64,000 bases of DNA from Gemmatimonadota bacterium (GCA_039586365.1 JBDHKN010000004.1:1-64000), one strand, 5' to 3'; counted from the first letter of the stretch, positions 51,517 through 62,316 are shown. Notes: a model not told the origin generated them from the letters alone. A program made the numbers and translations.

Positions 51517-52032
51517 ATGGAAAGAAACGACGCCGATTTGTTGGCTGAGGTTCGTACCAGAGTCGCGGCACTGGGGTTCGAGCTGGTCGACCTGAGGCAG
51601 CGGGGGGCTGGACAGAGGCAGTCGCTTCAGATCCGGATCGACCGCCCGGATTCGGGGCCGGGGCATGGAGTCACGGCTGACGACTGTGCCGTGGTGAGCC
51701 GGGCCTTGGAACGGTGGCTGGACGATTCGGGCGTGCTGGGTGGCCGGTATGTGCTGGAGGTATCATCGCCAGGCATCGAACGGCCGCTTCGCTGGATCGA
51801 GCATTGGCGGCGGTTCACCGGGCGCGATGTGAGGGTTCGCCTGCCCGGTAGCGGTCGGATCGAAGCTACCATCGTTAGAGTGGAACAGGAAGATCGGATC
51901 GTTCTCCGCCTGCGGGGAGCTGCTGAAGAGATAACCGTCCCGGTGGACGAGGCCCGTGACGCAACCCTGTTGGTGGATTGGTCTAAGGTGGATCGATCTT
52001 TCACCGGGACAACGAGCGAGGAGAGTGCATGA
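51517..52032 (+). CDS. rimP: Ribosome maturation factor RimP
   Basis: GFELVD, IRID, DDC..VSR, YVLEVSSPGIERPL. Confidence 0.93.
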   Translation: MERNDADLLAEVRTRVAALGFELVDLRQRGAGQRQSLQIRIDRPDSGPGHGVTADDCAVVSRALERWLDDSGVLGGRYVLEVSSPGIERPLRWIEHWRRFTGRDVRVRLPGSGRIEATIVRVEQEDRIVLRLRGAAEEITVPVDEARDATLLVDWSKVDRSFTGTTSEESA

Positions 52033-53411
52033 CGAGTTCCGCCCAGCTATTGGCGGCGCTCCAAGAGCTGGCAAACGTGAAGCAGCTCGATCGCAACGAG
52101 CTGCTGGATCTGTTGCGTGATGGTATTCACGCTGCGCTGGCCAAGCGCTATGGCGTGACTGTGCGCGACGAAATCGCGATTGACGATCTCAAGGGGACCA
52201 TAACTGTAACCGTCCTCAGGAACGTTGTTGAGGAGGTCGAAGACCCAACGTCCCAGGTGTCGTTGGAGGATGCCCGGTACGAGGACGCCAGCTTCGAAGT
52301 GGGTGACGTGCTGGAAGAGGAGGTCCCGTTCGAGGAGTTCGGACGCCTTGCGGTCCAAGCCGCGAAGCAGCGCATTATCCAGCGTGTGCGCGAAGGCGAA
52401 CGGTCGCGCATCCGGGATGAGTTCGGGGACAGGGTCGGTGAGCTGGTTTCGGGGGAGATCCAACAGATCGAGCGCGGTCGCCTTGTGATCATGGTCAACA
52501 GGTTCCGGGAAGCAGAGGCGATCATCCCATATCGGGAGCAGAACCCGCGCGAACGGTTTCACCAGGGCGACACGCTGAGGGCGGTGCTCAAGCGGCTCGA
52601 AGAGACACCAAAGGGACCACGACTCATTCTGTCGCGGGCGGACCCGGGATTCGTCAAGGCCCTCTTCAAACTCGAAGTTCCGGAGATCCAGCAGGGGATC
52701 GTCGACATAAGGGAAGCGGCCCGCGAGGTTGGGGGCCGTACCAAGATTGCCGTTGTGAGTAGGGATGATGGCATCGACCCCGTCGGAGCGTGCGTTGGTC
52801 TCAAAGGCAGCCGGGTGCAAGCTGTGGTGAACGAGCTGGGTGGTGAGCGGATCGACATAGTCCCTTGGTCGCCCGATCCCGAACGGTTCGCTAAACTGGC
52901 GTTGGCTCCGGCCCGGGTCTCTCGTGTATTCGCCGCTCCCGACTCCCAGACGATTCAGGCAATCGTGGACGAAGACCAGCTCTCACTTGCGATTGGGCGC
53001 AATGGGCAAAACGTGCGGTTGGCCTCCGAGCTGACAGGTTGGAAGATCGATCTCTACTCTAGCCGCGAGTGGTTGGAACGTGGTGGTGAAGGGCCATTGT
53101 TCGCGCCGCTCCCACCGGAGGACGAGCTAGTCGTAGAGGTGAATCTCAGCGAACTGAAGGGGTTGCCGACCGAAGTGGTCGCGACGCTTGAGGGAGCGGG
53201 CTTCGAGACGCTGCGGGACATCCTCGATTTGGAGCGTGACGACACCCTCAAGATCGAGGGCATGACGCCTGAACGTGCGGACGTGCTGCTGGCGTTCTTG
53301 GCGGAGTTGACAGAGGAGAATTCCGAAGCGGCGGCGGAGTCGGAGGACTCTCCTGTGGCGGCGGGAGACTCCAGTGAGCAAACCTCTGCGGAGGCGCCAC
53401 CAGCAGCCTAG
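52029..53411 (+). CDS. nusA: Transcription factor NusA
   Basis: FGR.A.QAAKQ, LF.LEVPEI, DPVGACVG, AIGRNGQNVRLAS; acidic C-terminal extension. Confidence 0.97.
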   Translation: MTSSAQLLAALQELANVKQLDRNELLDLLRDGIHAALAKRYGVTVRDEIAIDDLKGTITVTVLRNVVEEVEDPTSQVSLEDARYEDASFEVGDVLEEEVPFEEFGRLAVQAAKQRIIQRVREGERSRIRDEFGDRVGELVSGEIQQIERGRLVIMVNRFREAEAIIPYREQNPRERFHQGDTLRAVLKRLEETPKGPRLILSRADPGFVKALFKLEVPEIQQGIVDIREAAREVGGRTKIAVVSRDDGIDPVGACVGLKGSRVQAVVNELGGERIDIVPWSPDPERFAKLALAPARVSRVFAAPDSQTIQAIVDEDQLSLAIGRNGQNVRLASELTGWKIDLYSSREWLERGGEGPLFAPLPPEDELVVEVNLSELKGLPTEVVATLEGAGFETLRDILDLERDDTLKIEGMTPERADVLLAFLAELTEENSEAAAESEDSPVAAGDSSEQTSAEAPPAA

Positions 53412-53710
53412 TGGCCGGGAGCCTCATTTCCCTGCTGGGACTGGGGATCAGAGCTGGGAGCGTAGTCGCTGGCACCGCGGGAGTTCGCGCCGCCATCAGA
53501 AGGGGTGATGTGGCGTTGGTGGTTGTAGCAGAGGATCACAGTCGCAGGACGGCCGACAAGGTAATTCGGCTGGCAACTGCAAGCGGGGTCGAGGTTGTCG
53601 TGGGTCCCTGCGCTTCGGATCTCGGCCGCATCCTCAACCGCGATGCTGTTGAGGTTGTGGGTGTGAGGGATCCGAACCTGGTGGCGGGAATCAAGGCTGT
53701 GGCGCCTTGA
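53411..53710 (+). CDS. L7Ae/YlxQ-family RNA-binding protein
   Basis: LLGL..RAG.VV.G, AED.S, LG...; position nusA-infB. Confidence 0.82.
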   Translation: MAGSLISLLGLGIRAGSVVAGTAGVRAAIRRGDVALVVVAEDHSRRTADKVIRLATASGVEVVVGPCASDLGRILNRDAVEVVGVRDPNLVAGIKAVAP

Positions 53711-53730
53711 ACGGGCGTTAGGAGGAATAA

Positions 53731-56454
53731 GTGGGCAAAACGCGGATCCATGATCTCGCGGCAGAATTCGGAGTCGAAAGTGGACAGCTGATCGATATGC
53801 TGGCCGACATGGGCATTCATGTTCGCAGCCATCTGTCGGCTCTTGATCCAGCCCAGGTTGCACTCGTGCGGGCCCGCTGGGAGCGAGAGAAGCGTCGCAA
53901 GGCCGGAACGGAAGTCAAGCGGACCACCAGACGGCGGGCGCGCAAGAAGGAGGGGGAGGAACCGGCTGCGCCCCAGCCGGAGAAACGCCGGCCGGTCCGT
54001 CGCAGAAGAACTGCTGCTGAGGTAGCCGCTCGGGCGGTTGCTGAAGGGGATGCCGTAACAATAGCCCCAGAGGCGATCTTCGAGGCTGAGGCTCCGCCGG
54101 TCGAGGCGGCGGTCGTAGCGGAACCTGGCGCGCCGGTCGAACAGGGTACTGAGTGTGACGCGGTCGTTCTCGAGGAGGCTGCGGTCAGCACAACCGAAGA
54201 CAGTGCAGCAGCTGGGGTCCAGGCGCCGCCGCCCCCGGAGGAGACAGGTGTGGCAGTGGAGGCGGAACCCCCATCCGGACCGCGAGAAGAAGACGTGGCC
54301 GGGCCCGCCGAGGAACCTGATGCAGTTGTTGTGCTCGAAGCAGACCAAACTGAGCCGGTGATCCCGTTGCGGGTTCCACGGCCTCCCGCCCCGCCAGCGC
54401 GGGCGCGTCCGGCGGCATCTGCAACACCGCGTCCAGTAGCGTCCGCTGCGCCGGGCGAGGCCACCGAAGAAAGGCGGCGGGACAGGAAACGCCGCAAGAG
54501 AGGCAAGCGGAGTCAGGTCGACAGGGAGGCCGTGCAGGCCAACATCTCCCGGACTCTAGCGTCGATCAAAGGCCCTGCAAAACGGGCACCGCGGCGCCGG
54601 GACGACGCTGCAAGCGCTCGTGACCTCGAAGCGATGAGGCGGGCGGAGGAGCGAGAACGCGAGAAGACCACCATCCGCGTCAATGAGTTCATCACGGTCT
54701 CAGAGCTGGCCAGCAGCCTGGGTGTGCCCCCCACTCAGATCGTGACGTTCTGCTTCAAAGAGCTGAGCATGATGGTGACCGTGAACCAGCGGCTCGATTT
54801 CGATCAGATCGATCTCATCGCGGGCGAGTTCGGTTTCAATGCCATACGTGAGGAAGAGTACGTCCCAACTGACATTCTGGATTCCGCTGAAGAAGAGAGT
54901 GAGGAGAAGCTCGAACCGCGGTCGCCGGTAGTGACGGTAATGGGGCACGTCGATCACGGGAAGACTTCGCTGCTCGACTACCTACGGAAGACCAACGTCA
55001 TCGCTGGCGAAGCGGGTGGTATCACGCAACACATCGGCGCGTATCACCTACTCCTGCCGAACGAAAGAGCGATCACCTTCCTCGATACACCGGGTCACGA
55101 AGCGTTCACTGCCATGCGAGCCCGCGGTGCGCAGGTAACTGATATCGTAGTCCTGGTCGTTGCGGCCGATGACCAGGTGATGCCCCAGACTGTCGAGGCG
55201 ATAAGCCACGCCAAGAACGCCGGGGTGCCGCTTGTCGTTGCAATCAACAAGATCGATCTACCGAGCGCCAACGTTGAGAAAGTGAAGCAAGGCCTGTTGA
55301 AGCACGAGGTGGTCTTGGAGGATTTTGGTGGTGACACGGTGTGGGCCGCGATTTCGGCAAAGGCCGGCACAGGGATTGACGACCTACTCGACAAGGTCCT
55401 GTTCCAAGCCGACCTCCTCGAACTATCGGCGAATCCTGACCGGCTGGCGATCGGGACAGTCATTGAGAGTTCTCTCGATCCCGGCAAGGGGCCTGTGGCG
55501 ACGGTCTTGGTCAAGTCGGGGACGCTTGGGGTCGGAGACAACTTCATCTGCGGGCACATGTCCGGCCGGGTGCGCGCGATGCTGGACGAACGAGGCAAGA
55601 GGGTGGACAGTGCTGGACCATCGATACCGGTGCAGGTGCTCGGGTTCGATGGAGTGCCTCAAGCGGGCGACACCTTCAACGTGATGTCCGAGGCCGTAGT
55701 GGCTCGCGAGATAGCGCAACGGCGCCAGCGCCTGGACCGTGAGGCGGAGCACCGCCGGACGTCCCGAGCCGTCTCGCTTGAGGCTCTGTCCAAACAGATC
55801 GAAGCGGGTCATGTCCAGGCTCTAAAAATCATCATAAAGGCCGACCAGGATGGCCCAGCTGAAGCCCTGGCGGATGCTTTCGAGCAACTGTCGACCGACG
55901 AAGTGCGGGTGGAGATCATCCAACGTGGGGTAGGTGCCATTACGGAGGGTGATGTACTGCTTGCGAGGGCCGCGGAGGCGATAATCATCGGTTTCCACGT
56001 CCGACCAGACGCAAATGCGCGGGCGGTGGCGGAACGGGAGAAGATCGACGTGAGGACGTACCGCGTGATCTACGAGGCCGTAGCGGACATAAAGAGTGCT
56101 CTCGAGGGCATGTTGGCTCCTGAGCAGAGGGAAGTCATACTCGGTGAAGTAGAAGTACGCGAGACGTTCAAGATCTCCGGCCTCGGGACTATCGCGGGAT
56201 GCCTCGTAAGGCACGGCATCGTCCAGCGGGGGGCGCGTGTGCGGGTGGTGAGGGATAGCGTGGAAGTGTATGACTCCACAGTATCCAGCCTCCGGCGGTT
56301 CAAAGAGGATGTCAGAGAAGTAAAGGAAGGCTTCGAATGCGGCATCGGCATAGAGAACTTCAACGACGTGAAGATCGGCGACATTCTCGAGCCGTATCAG
56401 ATCGAAGAGGTTGCCCGCTCACTCGAGACGGCGGGGGCCCACAAGGACGAGTAG
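53731..56454 (+). CDS. infB: Translation initiation factor IF-2
   Basis: GHVDHGKTSLLD, DTPGHEAF, NKID, GFECG. Confidence 0.98.
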   Translation: MGKTRIHDLAAEFGVESGQLIDMLADMGIHVRSHLSALDPAQVALVRARWEREKRRKAGTEVKRTTRRRARKKEGEEPAAPQPEKRRPVRRRRTAAEVAARAVAEGDAVTIAPEAIFEAEAPPVEAAVVAEPGAPVEQGTECDAVVLEEAAVSTTEDSAAAGVQAPPPPEETGVAVEAEPPSGPREEDVAGPAEEPDAVVVLEADQTEPVIPLRVPRPPAPPARARPAASATPRPVASAAPGEATEERRRDRKRRKRGKRSQVDREAVQANISRTLASIKGPAKRAPRRRDDAASARDLEAMRRAEEREREKTTIRVNEFITVSELASSLGVPPTQIVTFCFKELSMMVTVNQRLDFDQIDLIAGEFGFNAIREEEYVPTDILDSAEEESEEKLEPRSPVVTVMGHVDHGKTSLLDYLRKTNVIAGEAGGITQHIGAYHLLLPNERAITFLDTPGHEAFTAMRARGAQVTDIVVLVVAADDQVMPQTVEAISHAKNAGVPLVVAINKIDLPSANVEKVKQGLLKHEVVLEDFGGDTVWAAISAKAGTGIDDLLDKVLFQADLLELSANPDRLAIGTVIESSLDPGKGPVATVLVKSGTLGVGDNFICGHMSGRVRAMLDERGKRVDSAGPSIPVQVLGFDGVPQAGDTFNVMSEAVVAREIAQRRQRLDREAEHRRTSRAVSLEALSKQIEAGHVQALKIIIKADQDGPAEALADAFEQLSTDEVRVEIIQRGVGAITEGDVLLARAAEAIIIGFHVRPDANARAVAEREKIDVRTYRVIYEAVADIKSALEGMLAPEQREVILGEVEVRETFKISGLGTIAGCLVRHGIVQRGARVRVVRDSVEVYDSTVSSLRRFKEDVREVKEGFECGIGIENFNDVKIGDILEPYQIEEVARSLETAGAHKDE

Positions 56455-56736
56455 GTGGTCATCGGGGTCGTTACCTGGGAGCTGCACCTCAGCGGGTGTA
56501 GGTCGCTCAAAGACAAACGCCGCATCGTCAAGAGTCTCAAAGACCGCCTGCACCGGCAGTTCAACGTGTCGGTTGCGGAGACAGACCACCAGGATACCTG
56601 GCAGCGGTCAGAATTGGCTTGCTGCGTTGTGGCAAATGACCGCCGTCATGCCGAATCCGTGCTCAGCTCGGCGGATCACCTCATAGAGTCGGAAGGATTA
56701 GCCCGCATAATCGACTCGACATCGAGTTTCCTGTGA
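56455..56736 (+). CDS. DUF503 (YlxP) protein
   Basis: SLKDKRR, FNVSVAE...QD.WQR. Confidence 0.88.
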   Translation: MVIGVVTWELHLSGCRSLKDKRRIVKSLKDRLHRQFNVSVAETDHQDTWQRSELACCVVANDRRHAESVLSSADHLIESEGLARIIDSTSSFL

Positions 56737-57098
56737 GTCGATCCGGGGGACACCGGACTGAGCGCTTGGGGGCGCTGATCCAGGAGGCGATCGCTGACGC
56801 CATTGCCACCAAAGTAAAAGACCCACGGGTGGGTTTCGTCACCATCACTGGCGTGACGGTTTCTGGTGATCTGAAGCACGCGACGGTGAATGTGAGTGTC
56901 ATGGGGACGGAAGCTGAGAAGCAGACCGCGATGGACGGTTTGGAAGCAGCGCGGGGGTACCTGCGCAGCCTGCTGGCACGTCGCATCGAAACGCGGAGCG
57001 TACCCGAGCTGCACCTCGTACTGGACCGGGGATTGGAGCACGCCGCCCGGATAGAGTCGCTTATTCAGAGAATCAAGACCGACGAGTCCGACCGCTGA
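56733..57098 (+). CDS. rbfA: Ribosome-binding factor A
   Basis: KDPR..FVTIT.V.VS.DL, PEL. Confidence 0.93.
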   Translation: MSRSGGHRTERLGALIQEAIADAIATKVKDPRVGFVTITGVTVSGDLKHATVNVSVMGTEAEKQTAMDGLEAARGYLRSLLARRIETRSVPELHLVLDRGLEHAARIESLIQRIKTDESDR

Positions 57099-57949
57099 AG
57101 GACGGATACCTTCCTGTAGATAAGCCGGCGGGGCCAACCGCCCACGACGTTGTTGCTGCCGTACGTCGTGTCCTCGAGCTCAGCAAGGCCGGGCACATCG
57201 GCACACTCGACCCGTTCGCCACTGGACTGCTCGTGGTGCTTGCAGGAAGAGCCACCCGGCTCGCGCAGTTCTTGGTTGGGTTCGAGAAGGAGTACTCGGG
57301 GACCATCCGGTTAGGTGAGACAACCACTACCGATGATTCCACGGGAGAAACCACTGCCACGACGCAGCAGGCGGGCGAGATCAGTGATGCACGGATACGT
57401 GAGGCCATGGGGGCACTAACCGGCCGCTACGCACAGCAACCTCCGCTGTATTCGGCCAAGAAGGTGGGCGGCCAGAGAGCCTATCGGAGGGCTAGGAGGG
57501 GTGAGACGTTTGCGTTGGATTCTTGCGAAGTCGAGATTCACCGTTTCCAGGCGCTCGCCCGAACCGGAACTGACATCAGGTTCGCCTGTCGTGTCAGTAG
57601 CGGTACCTACGTTCGTGCTTTGGCGCGTGACCTGGGCAGTAACCTCGGCTGCGGTGCTCATCTGGTGGAGCTCAGAAGGGAGTCTGTTGGGCCGTACCGC
57701 ATCGAGGATGCCGTTCAGCTGCACAAAATCGGAGCCGGACTGACGTTGTCACCGATGGCTGGACTGGTCACACACCTGCCGTCGCTCCAGCTCGATGCTG
57801 AGCAACAGCAGAGGGTACTACACGGCCGATCCATACCTTGGGATAGTGGCGACTCCGGCCCGGTGGCGTTGCTGGCCGGGGCGCGCCTGCTAGCTGTGGC
57901 GGAGCGCAGGGGTGAAGACCTGAGGCCGCGCGTGGTGCTGGCGGGATGA
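57095..57949 (+). CDS. truB: tRNA pseudouridine55 synthase
   Basis: VDKPAG, GHIGTLDPFATGLL, PP.YSA.K, SSGTYVR; the first motifs lie upstream of ORF-track start 57233, implying a CTG start at 57095. Confidence 0.92.
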   Translation: MKDGYLPVDKPAGPTAHDVVAAVRRVLELSKAGHIGTLDPFATGLLVVLAGRATRLAQFLVGFEKEYSGTIRLGETTTTDDSTGETTATTQQAGEISDARIREAMGALTGRYAQQPPLYSAKKVGGQRAYRRARRGETFALDSCEVEIHRFQALARTGTDIRFACRVSSGTYVRALARDLGSNLGCGAHLVELRRESVGPYRIEDAVQLHKIGAGLTLSPMAGLVTHLPSLQLDAEQQQRVLHGRSIPWDSGDSGPVALLAGARLLAVAERRGEDLRPRVVLAG

Positions 57950-58884
57950 AGCAGCGGCTGTGGCCCATATCCAATCGAGTCGGCACGGTTGTGACGGTCG
58001 GCACCTTTGACGGCGTCCACCTGGGTCACCAGCAGGTGATCAAGGAAGTTGTGTCGCGGGCGCGGCGGAGTGGCCGTAAGAGCGTGCTGGTCACGTTTGA
58101 ACCACACCCGCTCGAAGTCGTGAATCCACCGGCTGCCCCCCCGCTGCTCACTGCCAGCAGCGAGAGACGCGAGATTCTGGCTCAGAGTGAACTCGATGCT
58201 GCTGTGTTTCTCCGGTTCAATCGGGAGATGGCGCAACTCTCCCCCGAAGACTTCGTGCGGTTCCTGATAGAGCGGTTTGGGATGAAGGAACTGGTGGTAG
58301 GGCACGACCACGGGTTTGGTCAAGGGCGCAAGGGAGACGTGAGTTTGCTGCGAGATCTGGGCGCCCCAATGGGGTTCTCGGTAGACGTCGTACCCGAAGT
58401 GGACCTGGAGTCTCGGGCTGTATCGTCGACCCTGATCCGGAGGTCGGTGGCCGGAGGCGATCTGGAAACGGCCCGCAAACTGTTGGGTCGAAAGTATTCT
58501 ATGGTCGCGTCGGTGGTTCCGGGCATGGGTAGAGGGAGGGAGTTGGGATACCGTACAGTCAATCTGGAGCCCGAAGGCTCCCGCAAACTGCTACCACCGG
58601 ACGGAGTATACGCAGTGTGGGTGGAGTGGCTCGGTGGGTCTGCGGGAGGCATGATGCACCAGGGGCCCCGTCCCACATTCAACGAGTGGAGCAGGTCATT
58701 GGAGATACACATATTGGACTCGGCCGTCGAACTTTACGGGCACAATCTGAAGGTGTCCTGGGTGGACCGGCTCCGGGATGTGAGCAACTTCTCCTCGTCA
58801 GACGAACTGAGGGAGCAGCTCGGCAAAGACCTCCAGGCGGCGCGAGTCGCGCTGACGGGTACCGCGGGGCTCAGCAACCATTAA
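57946..58884 (+). CDS. ribF: Riboflavin kinase/FAD synthetase
   Basis: GTFDGVHLGHQ, TFEPHP, VSSTLIR, GR.LGY.T.N, DGVY. Confidence 0.95.
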   Translation: MKQRLWPISNRVGTVVTVGTFDGVHLGHQQVIKEVVSRARRSGRKSVLVTFEPHPLEVVNPPAAPPLLTASSERREILAQSELDAAVFLRFNREMAQLSPEDFVRFLIERFGMKELVVGHDHGFGQGRKGDVSLLRDLGAPMGFSVDVVPEVDLESRAVSSTLIRRSVAGGDLETARKLLGRKYSMVASVVPGMGRGRELGYRTVNLEPEGSRKLLPPDGVYAVWVEWLGGSAGGMMHQGPRPTFNEWSRSLEIHILDSAVELYGHNLKVSWVDRLRDVSNFSSSDELREQLGKDLQAARVALTGTAGLSNH

Positions 58885-58914
58885 GTTTTTGCAGGCCTAC
58901 AACTTGGATATGAC

Positions 58915-60552
58915 ATGTTGTCCAGCATTCGAAACCGCTTGATCATCATCGCCGTCCTCGTCGGCGTCAGTGTCTTTTCTCTCATACCCCGGGACGTCAC
59001 CAATCGCGTGAGAGGTGCCGATGGGGCGATGAAAGACACGACGGTGAGGCGGGTCCCGCTCAAATACGGCCTCGACCTGCAGGGTGGAATTCACCTTGCC
59101 CTTGAGATTGATGAGAGTGCAGGGCGCGTACAAGACGTCGAGGGAGCCATCGATCGGGCCCTCACAGTCATCCGCACTCGAGTGGACGAGTTTGGCGTCG
59201 CGGAACCGTTGATCCAGAAAGTTGGCTCCGACCGCATTGTAGTGGAGCTGGCTGGGATCGACGATCCGGCTCGTGCCAAGCAGATCGTGCAGCGCTCGGC
59301 TTTCCTCGAGTTTCGTATCGTGGATATGCAGCAGAGGTTCTACGAAGCTCTACCTGCGATCGATCGCGCTCTGGTCCGCGCCGGAGTCTCGGTCGCGCCA
59401 GGGGCACCGGCCGCGCCCAGCGCTGTGCAGCAGCTGCTCGGCGCCGATTCGGTGCCACGGGATACGACTGCAGCGGATTCGGCGGAGACCCTGGAAGGTC
59501 CAGGACCGCTGTCTTCCTATTTGTTCAATGGCAGTATCCCCGGTGAGTTTCTGGTTCCTGAAGAGGCCTATGTCAGAGTGGATAGTATCATCAGGCTGGA
59601 GGATACCCAACGGGCGATACCTAGAGGACTGGAACTGGTATGGGGAATGGAACCACAGTCGCTGGGTGCACGTTCCTATCGCCCGCTCTACGCCGTGGAT
59701 GACAGACCAATCATAACCGGAGACGTCCTGAGTGATGCCCGGGCGACCATCGACCAGGTCACGAGGGGATCGCTTGTAACGTTCGAGCTGAACCGGGCCG
59801 GTGGCCGAGTGTTCAGGAGAGAGACCGGGCGCCACGTGGACGACTACATGGCCATCATGCTCGACGGCCGTGTCAACCGACAGCCGCCGATCATTCGCTC
59901 ACAGATATATCGCAACGGACAGATCGAGCTGGGGAGTTCGCCCCTGCGAGAGGCCCAGGACCTGGCTCTCGTGTTGAGGGCCGGCGCGCTACCGGCTCCG
60001 GTTGTGATTGTTGAAGAGCGTACTGTGGGGCCGAGCCTCGGGCGGGACTCGATCGAACGAGGCAAACGCGCGGCTGCTGCCGCGACTGTGGTCATCCTGT
60101 TAATCATGGCAGTCTATTACCGGCTGGCTGGCGTGTTGGCGCTAGGGGCCCTCGTGTTTTACGTGCTGTTCACGCTGGGCGGCTTGGCTTCGCTGGACGC
60201 AACACTCACACTCCCGGGACTAGCCGGTTTCGTATTGTCGCTCGGTCTCGCGGTCGATGCCAATGTGCTGATATTCGAGCGCATCCGCGAAGAACTCAAG
60301 ATGAGCCGGACGCCGCGGTCGGCGGTTGATGCTGGGTTTCAGCATGCAATGCCGGCGATCATCGACGCCAATGTGACAACCGTTGTCACGGCGGCATTCT
60401 TGTTCCAGTTCGGTACCGGACCCGTGAAGGGGTTCGCCGTCACTCTAATCATCGGTATTGTCGCTTCGCTGATAACGGCCGTGTTTGTCACGCGTACGTT
60501 CTTTTTGATTTGGCTCCAGCGACGTACGGTCACCGAGGGGCTGTCGATATAA
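58915..60552 (+). CDS. secD: Protein translocase SecD
   Basis: GLDLQGG, LRAGALPAP, VGPSLG, AVDANVLIFERIREE. Confidence 0.96.
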   Translation: MLSSIRNRLIIIAVLVGVSVFSLIPRDVTNRVRGADGAMKDTTVRRVPLKYGLDLQGGIHLALEIDESAGRVQDVEGAIDRALTVIRTRVDEFGVAEPLIQKVGSDRIVVELAGIDDPARAKQIVQRSAFLEFRIVDMQQRFYEALPAIDRALVRAGVSVAPGAPAAPSAVQQLLGADSVPRDTTAADSAETLEGPGPLSSYLFNGSIPGEFLVPEEAYVRVDSIIRLEDTQRAIPRGLELVWGMEPQSLGARSYRPLYAVDDRPIITGDVLSDARATIDQVTRGSLVTFELNRAGGRVFRRETGRHVDDYMAIMLDGRVNRQPPIIRSQIYRNGQIELGSSPLREAQDLALVLRAGALPAPVVIVEERTVGPSLGRDSIERGKRAAAAATVVILLIMAVYYRLAGVLALGALVFYVLFTLGGLASLDATLTLPGLAGFVLSLGLAVDANVLIFERIREELKMSRTPRSAVDAGFQHAMPAIIDANVTTVVTAAFLFQFGTGPVKGFAVTLIIGIVASLITAVFVTRTFFLIWLQRRTVTEGLSI

Positions 60553-61520
60553 TGATCCGACTATTCGACAACGCAGACTACGATGTATTGAAACGCTGGA
60601 GAACGGCGTTCGTGACCGCGGCCGCATTCACTATCCCCGGCCTGCTCTTGCTTGGCGTTCGAGGTCTCAATACCAGTATCGAGTTCACGGGAGGAACTCT
60701 CCTCGAGCTCCATACACTCGATCCCAATGTCCGCACCCAAGAGATCCGGTCCGCGGTCGAGGCGGCAGGGCTGAGTGGTACTGAGATCCAGACTTTTGGA
60801 GCACCCGATGAGTTTGTGATTCGAGCCCGGTTGGATCCAAGGCAAGAAGTCACCGAAGAAACTACCCAGCAGACTGTTGCTGCGGTGCAGGGAGCCCTTG
60901 CTGTGGGTCTGGGAGACGGCATGTTTGAGATAGTGCGGACGGAAGCCATCGGCCCCAAAGTTGGTAGTGAGCTGCGGACCCGAACACAGATGTCGCTGCT
61001 GTTGGCTTTCGGAGCGATCTTCTTGTTCATCTGGCTACGCTATGAGTGGCGTTTCGGCCTAGCCGCTGTGACGGCGACCGTACACGATATCCTCACTACA
61101 CTCGCGTTCGTTTCATTCCTGAATCTGGAAGTCTCACTGGTAGTTGTGGCTGGGTTGTTGACGATCATCGGGTACTCCCTCAACGACACGATCGTCACAT
61201 TCGATCGGGTGCGGGAGAACCTGAGACGTTACCGACGCAAGAACATCTACGAAATCCTCAACCGCAGCATAAATGAGACGCTGCCACGAACCGTCCTTAC
61301 TTCGGTCACCACCCTGAGCGCCACACTCGCCCTGTTATTGATCGCGGGCGCGACGATCAGGGGGTTTGCCTGGGTGATGACTTTTGGCGTCATCACGGGG
61401 ACCTTCTCGTCGATCTTCATCGCCTCGCCGCTCCTCCTCGCAATCGAGCACAAGTGGCCGGGTGAAGACGTGCGCGGCGCCAAGACTCTGGCGGGCTCCG
61501 GGGCTGCAGTCATCACCTAG
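60552..61520 (+). CDS. secF: Protein translocase SecF
   Basis: IEFTGG, IGP.VG.EL, GYSLNDTIV.FDRVREN. Confidence 0.96.
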   Translation: MIRLFDNADYDVLKRWRTAFVTAAAFTIPGLLLLGVRGLNTSIEFTGGTLLELHTLDPNVRTQEIRSAVEAAGLSGTEIQTFGAPDEFVIRARLDPRQEVTEETTQQTVAAVQGALAVGLGDGMFEIVRTEAIGPKVGSELRTRTQMSLLLAFGAIFLFIWLRYEWRFGLAAVTATVHDILTTLAFVSFLNLEVSLVVVAGLLTIIGYSLNDTIVTFDRVRENLRRYRRKNIYEILNRSINETLPRTVLTSVTTLSATLALLLIAGATIRGFAWVMTFGVITGTFSSIFIASPLLLAIEHKWPGEDVRGAKTLAGSGAAVIT

Positions 61521-61537
61521 TATCAGCCGGGCACGCC

Positions 61538-62314
61538 GTGCTGGTCGATACCCACTGTCACTTGGGGGACGCGCTGTTCGACCCCGACCGCGATGATGTC
61601 GTTGAGCGTGCGCGGACGGCTGGCGTCCGGCACGTCGTTGTGATCGCTGATTCGGACGGGGCGACGCTCAAGGCCATGGAACTGGCTTCGCACTATGGCC
61701 TGTCGGCCACGGCGGGTGTGCATCCACACGTGGCTTCCACATGGAATGACGCGGTGGCCCGCAGGATCGAGTGCGCCGTGGCTGATCCGCGGGTAGTGGC
61801 AGTGGGCGAAGCCGGTCTCGACTACCACTACGAGCACTCCCCTCGTGACGTTCAACGCATGGTGTTCGCCAAGCAGCTGGAATTGGCAGCCCTAGTATCC
61901 AAACCGATCGTGGTCCACAGTCGCTCAGCCGACCATGACATGGTGGCGATGCTGCGCGACAGTAATGCGACCGCTGTGCTCCATTCCTTCAGTGCCGGGC
62001 CAGATGTGCTGCAGGCCGGCCTGGACCGGGGAGATTACATTTCGTTCTCCGGAATGGTGACTTTCAAGTCGTGGTCTGATCTCGAGGCCGTCAACGCAGT
62101 CCCTCGCAATCGAATACTAGTGGAGACCGATGCTCCCTACTTGGCGCCTGTGCCGCATCGGGGCAAGCGTAATGAACCGGCCTTTGTATTACATGTAGCG
62201 GCGAAATTGGCAGAGTTGCGGGGGATTCCGTCGGACGAGCTGGGAGCGCAAACGACAGCGAACGCCGCCCGGTGTTTCGGACCTCGCGTTACCCTGCAAC
62301 CATGCATGAATTAG
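61538..62314 (+). CDS. tatD: TatD family nuclease
   Basis: DTHCHL, GVHPH, GEAGLDY, HSR, ETDAPYLAP. Confidence 0.93.
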   Translation: MLVDTHCHLGDALFDPDRDDVVERARTAGVRHVVVIADSDGATLKAMELASHYGLSATAGVHPHVASTWNDAVARRIECAVADPRVVAVGEAGLDYHYEHSPRDVQRMVFAKQLELAALVSKPIVVHSRSADHDMVAMLRDSNATAVLHSFSAGPDVLQAGLDRGDYISFSGMVTFKSWSDLEAVNAVPRNRILVETDAPYLAPVPHRGKRNEPAFVLHVAAKLAELRGIPSDELGAQTTANAARCFGPRVTLQPCMN

Positions 62315-62316
62315 CG

